Assembly (NCBI GenBank): GCA_046581525.1
Contig: JAYGGC010000278.1
Location: 7,740-71,739, forward strand
Length of the DNA stretch: 64,000 nucleotides
Reading direction: 5' to 3'
Source of the DNA: Roseibacillus sp.
GTDB taxonomy: Bacteria; Verrucomicrobiota; Verrucomicrobiia; Verrucomicrobiales; Akkermansiaceae
Below, one piece after another: positions 48,516 to 58,395 of this stretch. Numbering within the stretch: position 1 is the first letter of the stretch; each line of letters opens with the position of its first letter. The notes beneath the pieces were generated by a model, which saw only the letters and a program-made list of their open reading frames with translations, was not told where the DNA came from and made no database searches. The position numbers and the translations under genes were made by a program.

Positions 48516-49745
48516 CTACTCCTTCGGCTCTTCCGGCTTGGGCTCCGGTTCCTGCACCACCGTCGTCTTCTTTCCACCCTGGATCTTCCCAATCGCCACC
48601 GCTGTCTCCTTCACCGCCGCGGCACTGGTGAGCACTCCCACTTCCACGAGGAATTTCTTGCTCTTGCCGGGTGCGATCGTCTTCACCCGGCCGCGCTCCC
48701 GCTCCACCGATCGATTGTAGGGAAAGCCCGATCCCGGCTCGAGGCCTGTCACGTAGCCTTTCTCGCCCACGTCTGTGTTTTTCCAGAGGGTGAAGAAGGG
48801 AAGACTGTCTACGTTGTAGGAGATCGAAACTCCACGGTCCGCAGCTTTGTTCTGCAGCATCACCGTCGTCCTGCCGTCACTCCCGGCATTCAATACCATG
48901 CAGTAGACCGTCTCGCCGTAACCCTTGGTGGGACCATCGTAGACCGGGTAATCCGCGATCTCCGTGACCGCGCGCTCATCGAAAGGCCTCACGCTCTTGA
49001 TGGGTGCCACAAACCTCGAGCCCTTCTCAAGCAGCGGTTCGCCGTAGTTGCTGTGATAGATGATTTCGAACTCCTGCTCGGTCGATCCACGATTCGTGAG
49101 GGTGTCATCAAAGCGAACGGTCGTGCTTCCGATCTCGGTCGAGATGTCGGTCACCATCTCGAGGTTCGCGAACTTGAACATCTTCTCTTCCACCCGCCCG
49201 CGCACATGAATGCGATTGCCGATTACAAGAACCTCCACCTTCGAGGCGGGAAGGTTGGACGCCTTCCCGTGCAAGGTCAGCATCTTCTCCCCATCCTCGC
49301 CCGGATGCCCCGCGAACTCATAGCCGCAACGCGCCATCCACTCATTGAACCCGTCCAGCCATCCGAGGCCGCCACGGTCCGCCGGGTTGATGAAGGCCGG
49401 ATTCACAATCTCGGTCACCGGTGAGTTCCACCCCAACTTTACATCTTCGCAATGAAGCTCGTAGACATTCATCCCGCGCGTCGGGATCACCGAGAACTTC
49501 AGCTTCCCATTATCCACCTCCACCACATCGACGCCCGCCTGCTTCCCTCCCCGCAGGGTGTACTTCCGCACCGACCATTCCGCCTTCCCGGTCGTCTTCA
49601 CCACTCCACTATCGATCGCGAAGCTCTCCACCCACGTGTTGGTGGCGGTATCGGTGAGGGTCTCGTGAAATTCCTGCGCGGACAATTCACACGTGAAGGC
49701 AACAAGAGCGAGGGTGGCGGGCAGGGTGAAGGGCAATGTTCTCAT
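48516..49745 (-). CDS. Secreted DUF4432 / aldose-1-epimerase-like protein
   Basis: The ATG at 49745 gives a signal peptide (MRTLPFTLPATLALVAFTCELSA). The pattern (LTLHGKASNLPA...YHSNYGEPLL...TGLEPGSGFP) is mutarotase-like. The family name is from memory. Confidence 0.65.
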   Translation of the reverse strand: MRTLPFTLPATLALVAFTCELSAQEFHETLTDTATNTWVESFAIDSGVVKTTGKAEWSVRKYTLRGGKQAGVDVVEVDNGKLKFSVIPTRGMNVYELHCEDVKLGWNSPVTEIVNPAFINPADRGGLGWLDGFNEWMARCGYEFAGHPGEDGEKMLTLHGKASNLPASKVEVLVIGNRIHVRGRVEEKMFKFANLEMVTDISTEIGSTTVRFDDTLTNRGSTEQEFEIIYHSNYGEPLLEKGSRFVAPIKSVRPFDERAVTEIADYPVYDGPTKGYGETVYCMVLNAGSDGRTTVMLQNKAADRGVSISYNVDSLPFFTLWKNTDVGEKGYVTGLEPGSGFPYNRSVERERGRVKTIAPGKSKKFLVEVGVLTSAAAVKETAVAIGKIQGGKKTTVVQEPEPKPEEPKE

Positions 49746-49820
49746 GGTTCTCCCCCAAGAAAATCGCAGGACTCCCCTGCCTGACAAGCCAAAGAACTCG
49801 CCGCCTTCCGCACCCGCGTC

Positions 49821-52208
49821 CTATCTCTGAGACACTTTCAGTCGCAAGATCAGCGAGGACCGGCTGAACGGCAGCAAGGCACGGTAAACAACCCGCTCGC
49901 CGGTGGTCTCAATCGTTGGCTCCGTGCGCACCAGACTCAGCAGCTCCAGACTGGATTCCCAATTGGTCGCCTCAAGGATCTCAAGCTCATACCGAAGTTC
50001 GGGTGTCTCGTAGCTCCCAAACCCCGTCTCTACTCCACCCCGCCAACGGTTGTAATGAACCTCCAGCGCGTCCCCCACCCAAACCACGTCAAAGTAGGGC
50101 TTCGAGCGATCATCATTGGGATTGGTCACCCCCGCAAATTCATGGAAGTTGTTCCAACCGTCCCCATCACTGTCTTCCTCGTAGGTCCCGCTGCCAACCG
50201 GGCCTCCCAGGTGGAACACGTGCCAGGTCTCAAACGTCGGCGCACCGGGTGCAATCACCGTGACCCCTGCTCCCTCCGAAAGGATTGCTCCTACCGGATT
50301 CCAGACCTGGCAACGATACCCTGCAGAACCGCTGAGGGAGAGGGGCGCCGGGAGCCCCCCAATCAGGAGATTTGCAGTGCGGCTTCCCTCGATCCCACCA
50401 CCATCGCTCAGCGCAACGCCGTTACGCAGCCACTGGTACGAGATCGGCTCACTCGCTATCACGCTCACCGAATAGGACGCCACTCCGCCATCCCAGAGGA
50501 ACACGGGGACCGGATGCCTGGTCACGGTCGGCGCCAATTCAACCGTAAGCTGAACCGAACTCTCGACTGTTCCCGCGCTGTTCTTCACCTCGCACACGTA
50601 GTCCCCCGTGTCACTTAGCCCGACATTCTCAATCGTGAGGAGAGGCGAAGAGGCTCCCTGCAACCCGCTTCGGTTCTCCAATGCGACACCGTTGCGGTAC
50701 CACTGAAACGCCGGCGGCGGAGACCCGCTCGCCTCCACCATCCAGGATACCGAATCTCCTGGATCGCTCGTCTCGTTCGCCGGAGGTTGGCTGTGGATCT
50801 CGGGCACGCGTGGCGCCAGTTCTCCCTGAAAGTCTTCAATCTTCTGCCGCAGGGTTGCCACCACCGCTGACTCCAACGCAGCCACATTGTGACGTTCCTC
50901 CGGATCATCCACCAAATCGTACAACTCGGGTTCCGCGAGCCCCTCCTCCCACAGCAACTTCCAACGCCCGTCCCGGATCGCAAACTGAGGGGCATTTGAA
51001 AGAGGACCCACTGCGTCTGAGCGATACTCCCACACGATCGGGGTCGCGCGCGCCGAGGGCGTTCCCTTCAATACCTCCAGCCGGTCTTCCCCATCCAGGA
51101 AGGGCGGCACGAATTCTCCCAGGAGGGTCGCAATACTCGGCAGCCAATCGCTTGAGCAGATCACCGAGGTCGTGTCCACCGTCCCCGCGGGAATCACTCC
51201 CGGCCAACGAGCAATACACGGCATCCGAACTCCACCCTCGTAAATGCTTCGTTTCCGCCCCCGGAACCGGCCCGTGTTTCCGCACCCCGTCGAAGACGAG
51301 AGATTGAGACGGTAATCTTCCGGTCCGTTGTCACTGGTAAAGAGGAGCAGGGTATTCTCTGCCAGCCCTGCCTGCTCGAGATAATCCAGTAACCTCCCGA
51401 CAGCTCCATCGACACTCGTCATCACTGCATTGTATTCCAGGAATCGCTCGTGCGCGTCTGGCATGGAGACGCAATAGTCCCGCATGTAGGAATCAAAATC
51501 TTCCACCGGAAATGTCTCTCCGTCGTAGACCCGCTTCTGCGCACTGGAAGCGACCAACGGATCGTGCATCTGGAAGAACCAGAGGTTCAGGTAAAAGGGT
51601 TGATCACCGTTGGCATCAAGGAACCCGATCGCGGCATCCACAAAGTAATGAGAAGAGTAGGACCAATAGTGGTTGTTGATCGGCCAGGAAGTCCGAAATT
51701 CGTCGATGCCGTAGTCGGTTAGCCTTGGTGCATTACTCCCTCTGCTCAAGTGCCACTTTCCAAAGTGCCCCGTCCGATAACCCGCCCGCTTCGCGACATC
51801 CGTGACCAGCACGACATCGGTATCGAGATAATTCGGCATGTTCCGTCGCATGTTCACACGCAGATTGCTACTGATGAAATCGTGAATCCCAAACCGCGAC
51901 GGCTGGTGACCCGTCATGAACGAGACTCTCGTCGGCGAACACACCGGTGAGGCCACATAGAAATTCTCAAAGACGCGCCCTTCCGACACCAGCCGATCAA
52001 GGTTCGGTGTTTTCACATGCGGATGACCCAATGCCGCGATGTCCCAACCCATGTCGTCGACCAGGATCATGATCACATTCGGCGGGTCTCCCTCTCCCTG
52101 CGCGGTGCCTCCCACTCCACTTACCAGGGAAACGAGCATCAGCCACACCACAACTTGTCCGGCATTCGCGCAGAGCAATGAGGATAGCGGGAAATGGACT
52201 CTCATCAA
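49821..52208 (-). CDS. Sulfatase fused to two immunoglobulin I-set-like domains and a TSP3-like calcium motif
   Basis: The sulfatase core shows NVIMILVDDMGWD and CSPTRVSFMTGH. Ig-like blocks are PPAFQWYRNGVAL...LTIENVGLSDTGDYVCEVKNSAG and ISYQWLRNGVAL...GYRCQVWNPVG. The calcium motif is DSDGDGWNNFHEFAGVTNPND. Confidence 0.85.
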   Translation of the reverse strand: MMRVHFPLSSLLCANAGQVVVWLMLVSLVSGVGGTAQGEGDPPNVIMILVDDMGWDIAALGHPHVKTPNLDRLVSEGRVFENFYVASPVCSPTRVSFMTGHQPSRFGIHDFISSNLRVNMRRNMPNYLDTDVVLVTDVAKRAGYRTGHFGKWHLSRGSNAPRLTDYGIDEFRTSWPINNHYWSYSSHYFVDAAIGFLDANGDQPFYLNLWFFQMHDPLVASSAQKRVYDGETFPVEDFDSYMRDYCVSMPDAHERFLEYNAVMTSVDGAVGRLLDYLEQAGLAENTLLLFTSDNGPEDYRLNLSSSTGCGNTGRFRGRKRSIYEGGVRMPCIARWPGVIPAGTVDTTSVICSSDWLPSIATLLGEFVPPFLDGEDRLEVLKGTPSARATPIVWEYRSDAVGPLSNAPQFAIRDGRWKLLWEEGLAEPELYDLVDDPEERHNVAALESAVVATLRQKIEDFQGELAPRVPEIHSQPPANETSDPGDSVSWMVEASGSPPPAFQWYRNGVALENRSGLQGASSPLLTIENVGLSDTGDYVCEVKNSAGTVESSVQLTVELAPTVTRHPVPVFLWDGGVASYSVSVIASEPISYQWLRNGVALSDGGGIEGSRTANLLIGGLPAPLSLSGSAGYRCQVWNPVGAILSEGAGVTVIAPGAPTFETWHVFHLGGPVGSGTYEEDSDGDGWNNFHEFAGVTNPNDDRSKPYFDVVWVGDALEVHYNRWRGGVETGFGSYETPELRYELEILEATNWESSLELLSLVRTEPTIETTGERVVYRALLPFSRSSLILRLKVSQR

Positions 52209-52355
52209 GGGGCGAGACTCTTATGGCCCAGCCCGTCCCTCCCCGCAAGCCCGGGGCTTGCAGAGCCCGATGGGCCGGAGTCAAAAGCCACAAGTTCCAG
52301 CGTCAACGGCCAAGGATACTGATTCCTAGGCGGTTTGCTCCCTCTTCCTCCCAGC

Positions 52356-52377
52356 GCCGACCTCAGACCCTCGGCCC
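52356..52377. repeat. Copy of the CCGACCTC-core repeat overlapping the acyltransferase stop codon
   Basis: gccgacctcagaccctcggccc differs from gccgacctcgaccctcgaccc at 59050-59070 by one indel and one mismatch. Confidence 0.55.
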
Positions 52378-53460
52378 TTCCCCGTAGCTACTCCGCTTTC
52401 CGAGTTTCAGAAAGAATCGCTCCACCGTCCACGCCGACACCCACGCCACTGCCGTCGATACCACAAACGCACCCAGCATCACCCACATGGCCTCGCTGGT
52501 CATCAGCGAAGGCGGCGCCTTCAAGACCCACCCATGCAGCAACCCGGCCACGGCCTGGTGATACATGTAGAGCCCATAGGAAATACTCCCCCAAAAGCAG
52601 AGCCCCGGAGACCGGAGCACCCAGGTCAGTCCCGATCCCCGGTAGAGCAACGCTACCAGCAGGAAGGTTGCGTAGAGAATCGCAAACCAGGAGTACTTGA
52701 ACGACCCAAACCCACCAGCCATGCTGAGAGTGAAGGTAATGCACAACATCACCATGAAGCACAGCAGGATGGAGAGCTGCAGTTTCTGAGCAGCAGACCA
52801 GATCGCCTCGCTCCGCACCAGCACCGCGACCGCCACTCCGGCCATCAAGGCATCCATCCGGAACAAGGTGACCACGTAGGTGTGGAATCCCGGAAGCGCC
52901 AATCTCAGGAGGAAGGCAACCAGGATCAAGGGAACGATGCTCTTCACCCACGCCACCCTGCCGATCAGGAGGATGAGCAGGGGGGCCACGATATAGAATT
53001 GCTCTTCCACCGCCAGCGACCAGGTCACCCCCAGGAAATTCCCTCCAAACCCACCGGAAGCCATGAAGAAGTTCTGGGTGAAGGTCGCATAGGAATACCA
53101 GGGCATGAGATCGAAAAACAGCCATCCGAAGTCATCGCTGCTGAGCACCAACTTCAACCCGTAGCAGGAGATGAGCAGCACCCCGAGTACCGGCAAAATC
53201 CGGCACGACCTCCGAATCCAGAACACCTTGAGAAAGTTCTTCTTCCGGCAGCTGTCCAGGATGATCCCCCCGATCAAGAATCCCGAGAGCACAAAAAACA
53301 AATCCACCCCCGACCAGAATACCCCCGTCGGCTGCAACAACCCCTCAACCAGACTCCCCGGCGCCACCTCCTTCTCGACTCCCGTCACATAGTGCCACAC
53401 CAGCACCATGAGAATCGCGATCCCCCTCACTCCGTCAAGTTCCCTGATGCGGCCTTTCAT
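52363..53460 (-). CDS. Acyltransferase family 3 (membrane O-acyltransferase)
   Basis: The N-terminus is ELDGVRGIAILMVLVWHY, followed by about 10 hydrophobic segments. Confidence 0.85.
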   Translation of the reverse strand: MKGRIRELDGVRGIAILMVLVWHYVTGVEKEVAPGSLVEGLLQPTGVFWSGVDLFFVLSGFLIGGIILDSCRKKNFLKVFWIRRSCRILPVLGVLLISCYGLKLVLSSDDFGWLFFDLMPWYSYATFTQNFFMASGGFGGNFLGVTWSLAVEEQFYIVAPLLILLIGRVAWVKSIVPLILVAFLLRLALPGFHTYVVTLFRMDALMAGVAVAVLVRSEAIWSAAQKLQLSILLCFMVMLCITFTLSMAGGFGSFKYSWFAILYATFLLVALLYRGSGLTWVLRSPGLCFWGSISYGLYMYHQAVAGLLHGWVLKAPPSLMTSEAMWVMLGAFVVSTAVAWVSAWTVERFFLKLGKRSSYGEGPRV

Positions 53461-53708
53461 CAGCTTGTCGCCGCGTCTGAGAGCCGAACACCCTCGACCT
53501 TCTCCGCCGGCTCTACAGGTTTCCGCCCCGCCACGATCTCTTCTAACAAATCACGCGCGGCCCGTCGAGATCAAGCCCTCCTGTTCGCCTGCAAGAGACC
53601 GAATTCTCACAGACCCATCGCCTGGTTCCGCGAGGCCTCCGCTCGCCTCCAGGTTCACTCGGTAACTCTTGATTCGCCCGTGCCGGCGAGGCCACTATTG
53701 AATGGTTT

Positions 53709-56700
53709 CTACTGGCAACTCTCACATTCCTCCCCATTCATCATCGCGTTGATCGAGCAGGCGTTCTGCTCCTCAGGCGTCGGTGTCTTCTTCTCCGGCT
53801 CCCCCTCCCGCGGGAGTTCCTTCTTCGGGCGGGTCACGGTCGCCTTCTCGATGTTACTCGCCTGCATCGTACGCAGGTAGTAGGTCGTTTTCAGTCCCAC
53901 GTGCCAGGCGTGGCGATACATGTGACTGAGGGCCTTCATGTCTGGTGAGGCCAGGAAGAGGTTCACCGACTGGCTTTGGTCGATCCACTTCTGGCGGCGC
54001 GCAGCGGCGTCGAGAATGAAATTGAAGCCGATCCCGAAGACGGTGAGGTGCTTCTGTTTGAGCTCTTCCGGGATGCTCTCGATGTCGGCCAGTTCCCCGT
54101 CGTAGAACTTGAGTTCATCCAGCATGCCCTGGGTCCAGAGCCCTTCCTGCTTCAGGTCCTGCACCAGCTGGCGATTCAAGACCGTGAAGACGCCACTCAG
54201 GTTGCTCTTCACGAAGATGTTCTTGTAGTTCGGCTCGATGCACGGGGTGGTTCCCATGATGTTCGAGATCGTCGCAGTCGGCGCAATCGCGAGCACGTTG
54301 GAGTTTCGGATGCCGTGCTTGAGGATCTTGTCGCGCACCGGGCGCCAATCCATCTTGCCTCCGCGCGGAACGGCCAGTTCCTGCCCGCGCTCTTCCTGGA
54401 GAATATCCAGCGTGTCCTGCGGGAGGATGCCACGATCCCACTTCGAGCCACGATAGGTCGAGTAGGTCCCGCGCTCGGAAGCGAGATCGCTCGACGCGCT
54501 GTAGGCGTAGTAGGCGATCGCTTCCATGAACTCGTCGTTGAAGGCCACTGCTTCGGCGCTCGCGAACGCCAGGTTCTTCTTGAACAGGGAATTCTGCAAT
54601 CCCATCACCCCGAGACCGATCGGACGGTGCCGGCTGTTCGCGGTCTTGGCCGCCTCAGTCGGGTAGAAGTTGATGTCAATCACGTTGTCGAGCGCACGAA
54701 TGGCCACATTGATGGTCTCACGCAACATCTCGTGATCGAGCATGCCGTCCCTCGTGATGTGGGTGTCGAGGACCACCGAGCCGAGATTGCACACGGCCGT
54801 CTCCTCGTCGCTCGTGTTGAGCGTGATCTCGGTGCAGAGATTCGAAGAGTGGATCACGCCCACGTGGTCCTGCGGGCTGCGCAGGTTGCAGGGATCCTTG
54901 AAGGTGATCCACGGATGACCCGTCTCGAAAAGCATCTTGAGCATCTTCTTCCAGAGCTCGATGGCCGGCACCGTGCGACTCCAGATCTTGCCCTCGGCCG
55001 CGAGGACCTCGTACTCGCAGTAGCGCTGCTCGAACGCCTTGCCGTAGAGGTCATGGAGATCCGGGCACTCGTTGGAACGCAGCAGGGTCCAGTCCTGGCG
55101 CGCTTCCATGCGCTTCATGAAGAGATCCGGAATCCAGTTCGCGGTGTTCATGTCGTGCGTGCGCCGGCGCTCGTCCCCGGTGTTCACCCGCAGCTCCAGG
55201 AAGTCCTCGATGTCGTTGTGCCAGGTCTCCAGATAGGCGCAGCCCGATCCGCGACGCTTGCCGCCCTGGTTCACTGCCACCAGCTGGTCATTGTGCAGCT
55301 TCAGGAACGGGACCACGCCCTGGCTTTCGCCGTTCGTGCCCTGGATGTAGGCGCCCGTGCCCCGCACGCTCGTCCACGATCCCCCGAGGCCACCCGCCCA
55401 TTTCGAGAGAAAGGCATTCTCAGAGATTCCGCGAATCATGATCGACTCAATGGAGTCGTCCACCTTGTAAAGATAGCACGACGACAACTGCGAGTGCAGC
55501 GTGCCCGAGTTGAAGAGCGTCGGCGTGGAGGAACAGAAACGGCGCCCCTTGTAGAGCTGGTAGAGGCGGATCACCCAGTCCTCGCGGTTGTGCTCCTCGG
55601 CCTTGAAGAGCCCCATCGCCACCCGCATCCAGAAAAATTGTGGGGTCTCCATCCGCTTCGGCTTGCCTCTCCCGGTCTTGTCAACGATGAGATAGCGGTC
55701 GTAGAGCGTCTGGATGCCGAGGTAGTCGAAGTCGAGATCGGCCGAAGGATCAAAGGCGGCCGAGAGGCGATCGAGATCAAAACGCTCCAGCAGCTCCGGG
55801 CTGATCCGCTTGATGGCCACTCCGTGCTTGAGGTAGCGCTTGAACTGCTCCTGGTGCGCCGCTTTGAGCGCCGCAACGCCATCCCGCTGGATCGACCAGT
55901 CGAGAACCTCTTCGTAGATGTAACTGAGAAGAATGCGGGCCGCAAACTTGGCGAAGTCGGCGTCCTTCTCGATGAGCGATTTTGCATTCAGGATCACCGT
56001 CCGCTGCAGCTCCGTGGCCGAGATCTCCGCGCCGATCGAGCGCCGCAGTTCAAGCTCGATCTCCTCATTGCTGAGGCACAGATTGAGCCCGATCATTCCG
56101 AACTGGATCCTCCTCTTGAGCTCGCTGCCGTCCCAGAAATCGCTTTGGCCATTGTCGTGGGTGACCACCACCATGGTTTCCTGGTTGGGATCCTCGGCGT
56201 TCTCTGCGAAGTGCACCTTCCGGATTTCCCCCCGCTGGATGCGGTAGGACATGTAGGCCCGCATCACGTCGATCTGTCCCTGGCGACCGAGCTCTTCTTC
56301 CACCAGGTCCTGCACGTCTTCGATATGCATGAACGCCGAATCGCCTGAGCGCACCCGTTGCGTGACACCGTGGGCAATGCGCGCCGCCGGCTCGGGATCC
56401 TTGCGCAGGTCGAGGAAGGCCTTGCGCACCGCGGTCTCGATCTTGGTCTCGCTCCACGGCACCACATTGCCATTCCGGCGAATCAGCCGCACCGGCATGG
56501 GGTGTGGTCCATCGCTCACCACGATCTCGCCGTTCTTCTCAAAGCTCCGCGCAAAGACCAGCGACTTCGCCACGTCGTGCGCATCGTTCTCGATGAGCGC
56601 CTTTTCGATCAGGAGATAGAGATCGTTCTGACTCAGCTTGATCGAACCGCCGCGCTGCACCTGCTGCATGAGGCTCTTCACCACGCTGAAGGACACCCCC

Positions 56701-56984
56701 GAGACAAAGTTGCGGTTCTCGGCATTCCAGATGCGCTCCTCCTGTTCCTGCCGGGACAAGAGCAAGTCCGTGAGCGCTTCGCCAATTGTGTCCGCAACAT
56801 CGGCAAGCGAAAACTCCTCTTCCCCCGTCGCGCGGGTTACAATGATTCCCGGAATCGGCGTGCGGTGTTCAGTCGCGAGAGACTCGCGCCAATTGTAGCG
56901 CTGGCAACTCGCGTCCTCGCTGTGACGGTTCGCGATGACCTTCTTCAGTGCGATGTCTGCTTCAAGGGTAATGGGTCGATACAT
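53709..56984 (-). CDS. nrdA: Ribonucleoside-diphosphate reductase alpha subunit (class I R1) with three N-terminal ATP-cone-like modules
   Basis: The 1091-aa ORF has a clear catalytic core (SSCYLY, NLCTEI, CNLGS) and a C-terminal CESCQ redox tail. About 380 aa upstream contain three V-x-R-x-G...I-type ATP-cone patterns. Confidence 0.95.
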   Translation of the reverse strand: MYRPITLEADIALKKVIANRHSEDASCQRYNWRESLATEHRTPIPGIIVTRATGEEEFSLADVADTIGEALTDLLLSRQEQEERIWNAENRNFVSGVSFSVVKSLMQQVQRGGSIKLSQNDLYLLIEKALIENDAHDVAKSLVFARSFEKNGEIVVSDGPHPMPVRLIRRNGNVVPWSETKIETAVRKAFLDLRKDPEPAARIAHGVTQRVRSGDSAFMHIEDVQDLVEEELGRQGQIDVMRAYMSYRIQRGEIRKVHFAENAEDPNQETMVVVTHDNGQSDFWDGSELKRRIQFGMIGLNLCLSNEEIELELRRSIGAEISATELQRTVILNAKSLIEKDADFAKFAARILLSYIYEEVLDWSIQRDGVAALKAAHQEQFKRYLKHGVAIKRISPELLERFDLDRLSAAFDPSADLDFDYLGIQTLYDRYLIVDKTGRGKPKRMETPQFFWMRVAMGLFKAEEHNREDWVIRLYQLYKGRRFCSSTPTLFNSGTLHSQLSSCYLYKVDDSIESIMIRGISENAFLSKWAGGLGGSWTSVRGTGAYIQGTNGESQGVVPFLKLHNDQLVAVNQGGKRRGSGCAYLETWHNDIEDFLELRVNTGDERRRTHDMNTANWIPDLFMKRMEARQDWTLLRSNECPDLHDLYGKAFEQRYCEYEVLAAEGKIWSRTVPAIELWKKMLKMLFETGHPWITFKDPCNLRSPQDHVGVIHSSNLCTEITLNTSDEETAVCNLGSVVLDTHITRDGMLDHEMLRETINVAIRALDNVIDINFYPTEAAKTANSRHRPIGLGVMGLQNSLFKKNLAFASAEAVAFNDEFMEAIAYYAYSASSDLASERGTYSTYRGSKWDRGILPQDTLDILQEERGQELAVPRGGKMDWRPVRDKILKHGIRNSNVLAIAPTATISNIMGTTPCIEPNYKNIFVKSNLSGVFTVLNRQLVQDLKQEGLWTQGMLDELKFYDGELADIESIPEELKQKHLTVFGIGFNFILDAAARRQKWIDQSQSVNLFLASPDMKALSHMYRHAWHVGLKTTYYLRTMQASNIEKATVTRPKKELPREGEPEKKTPTPEEQNACSINAMMNGEECESCQ

Positions 56985-57129
56985 GATGGGTTTGCGGAGT
57001 GAATGATGGAGCGTTTGCTGGTTTGCGTTGGTTGTTCAGGGGCAGCATTCGATCTCAGGCGGGAGCGCAGGGCCACAGGAAGGCAATCAGCGGCTTCGGG
57101 CACTGAAACGAATGCCATGCACACGGGTG

Positions 57130-58227
57130 CTACAGTTCGTCATCGGTGTAGCTCACCGTCTCGAGGGCGGCTGACTTCTGATACTCCGTGACGCTGCCTT
57201 CGAAGAAGTTCTGCTCACTCTTGAAGTCCATCATCTCGGCGAGCCACGGGAAAGGATTCGCAGAGTTGGCATTGAGCGGATCGAGGCGGCAACCCATCAG
57301 GCGGCGATCACCGATGTAGTCGATGTAGCACTCGAAATCGGCGGCATTGAGCCCCACTGCATCGACAGGCAGGCAGTCGCGAATGAACCGCTTTTCAAGC
57401 TCAATCCCCTGGCGCATGGTCTCGCGCAAATCCACGCGAAAATCGGCGGTCCAAATCTCGGGGTTCTCGACCACCAGCTCATTGAGGAGCTTTCGCAGCA
57501 ACTTGATGTGATTCGACTCGTCGCGCAGGGTGTAGCGGAACATCTGCCCGATCCCCGGGAACTTGTTCTGCCGATAGAGACTCAGGATCATTCCAAACAA
57601 TCCGTAAAACTGCGTGCCTTCCATCACCTGGCCGAAAATGAACATGTTCTTGGCGAGGGCCTGCTTGTTCTCCATGATGGTGAGGTCCACGTCGCGGCGC
57701 AAGGCCCGGCTGTTGGAAACGAGGAATTCGTTCTTGGCCGCAATGGTCGGGATGTCTTCGAACATCGCCTCGCACTCGTGCGGATTGAGCCCCAGCGAGG
57801 ATATCATGTAGACCAATGAATCGGCGTGGATGTTCTCTTCGTGTGCGTGGCGGCCGAGCACCAGCTTCAGTTCGGGGGCGGTCACCAACTCGCGCACCAC
57901 GTGAAGGATGTTGTCGCCGACGATTCCTTCCGCGGCGGAGAAGTAGCCGATCCCCATCTTGATGATCCAGCGCTCGACGTCGGAGATCTCTCCCGTGCCG
58001 CGCCATTGTTCGACGTCCTTCTGCATTGGGATGTCCTCCGGCTCCCAATGGTTGTTCTTCATCGTCTTGTAGAGCTCGTAAGCCCAATGGTATTTCAGTG
58101 GCAGGATGTTGAAGAACATCGTTTCCTTGCCGTTGATAACCCGCTTTGCCGCGAAAGCTTGTTCCGCTTTCTCCCGATCGAGCACAAACGTGCGATCCCC
58201 AATTTGCACAGTGGTGGTTTCAGACAT
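57130..58227 (-). CDS. nrdB: Ribonucleotide reductase beta subunit (R2) with class Ic hallmarks (Leu at the radical-Tyr position)
   Basis: It aligns without gaps to remembered Chlamydia trachomatis R2: FSAAEGIV vs FSTAESLV, HEENIHADSLVY vs FEEAVHTHTFLY, VMEGTQFY vs IMEGIFFY, LRDESNHI vs LRDETIHL. Confidence 0.95.
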   Translation of the reverse strand: MSETTTVQIGDRTFVLDREKAEQAFAAKRVINGKETMFFNILPLKYHWAYELYKTMKNNHWEPEDIPMQKDVEQWRGTGEISDVERWIIKMGIGYFSAAEGIVGDNILHVVRELVTAPELKLVLGRHAHEENIHADSLVYMISSLGLNPHECEAMFEDIPTIAAKNEFLVSNSRALRRDVDLTIMENKQALAKNMFIFGQVMEGTQFYGLFGMILSLYRQNKFPGIGQMFRYTLRDESNHIKLLRKLLNELVVENPEIWTADFRVDLRETMRQGIELEKRFIRDCLPVDAVGLNAADFECYIDYIGDRRLMGCRLDPLNANSANPFPWLAEMMDFKSEQNFFEGSVTEYQKSAALETVSYTDDEL

Positions 58228-58347
58228 GGTGAGTTAGAGGGTGAACATGGCAGTTTCTTGGTGTTATTTTGACTTTCCGAACTATTTCTGAGGGTCCATT
58301 CAGCAATGCCGAGCCTATGCTGTGACGGCGGCTTCGGTCAACGCGAT

Positions 58348-58395
58348 TTTGCTCATATTGTGCTGACAAATTATTCACACCCCAACATGTTGTGG
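58348..58395. promoter_or_regulatory. Candidate NrdR boxes upstream of nrdB
   Basis: CCCCAACATGTTGTGG (58380-58395) matches about 11 of 16 positions of the remembered acaCwAtATaTwGtgt consensus. A half-site, GCACAATAT on the gene strand, lies at 58348-58363. The centres are 32 bp apart. Confidence 0.4.
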
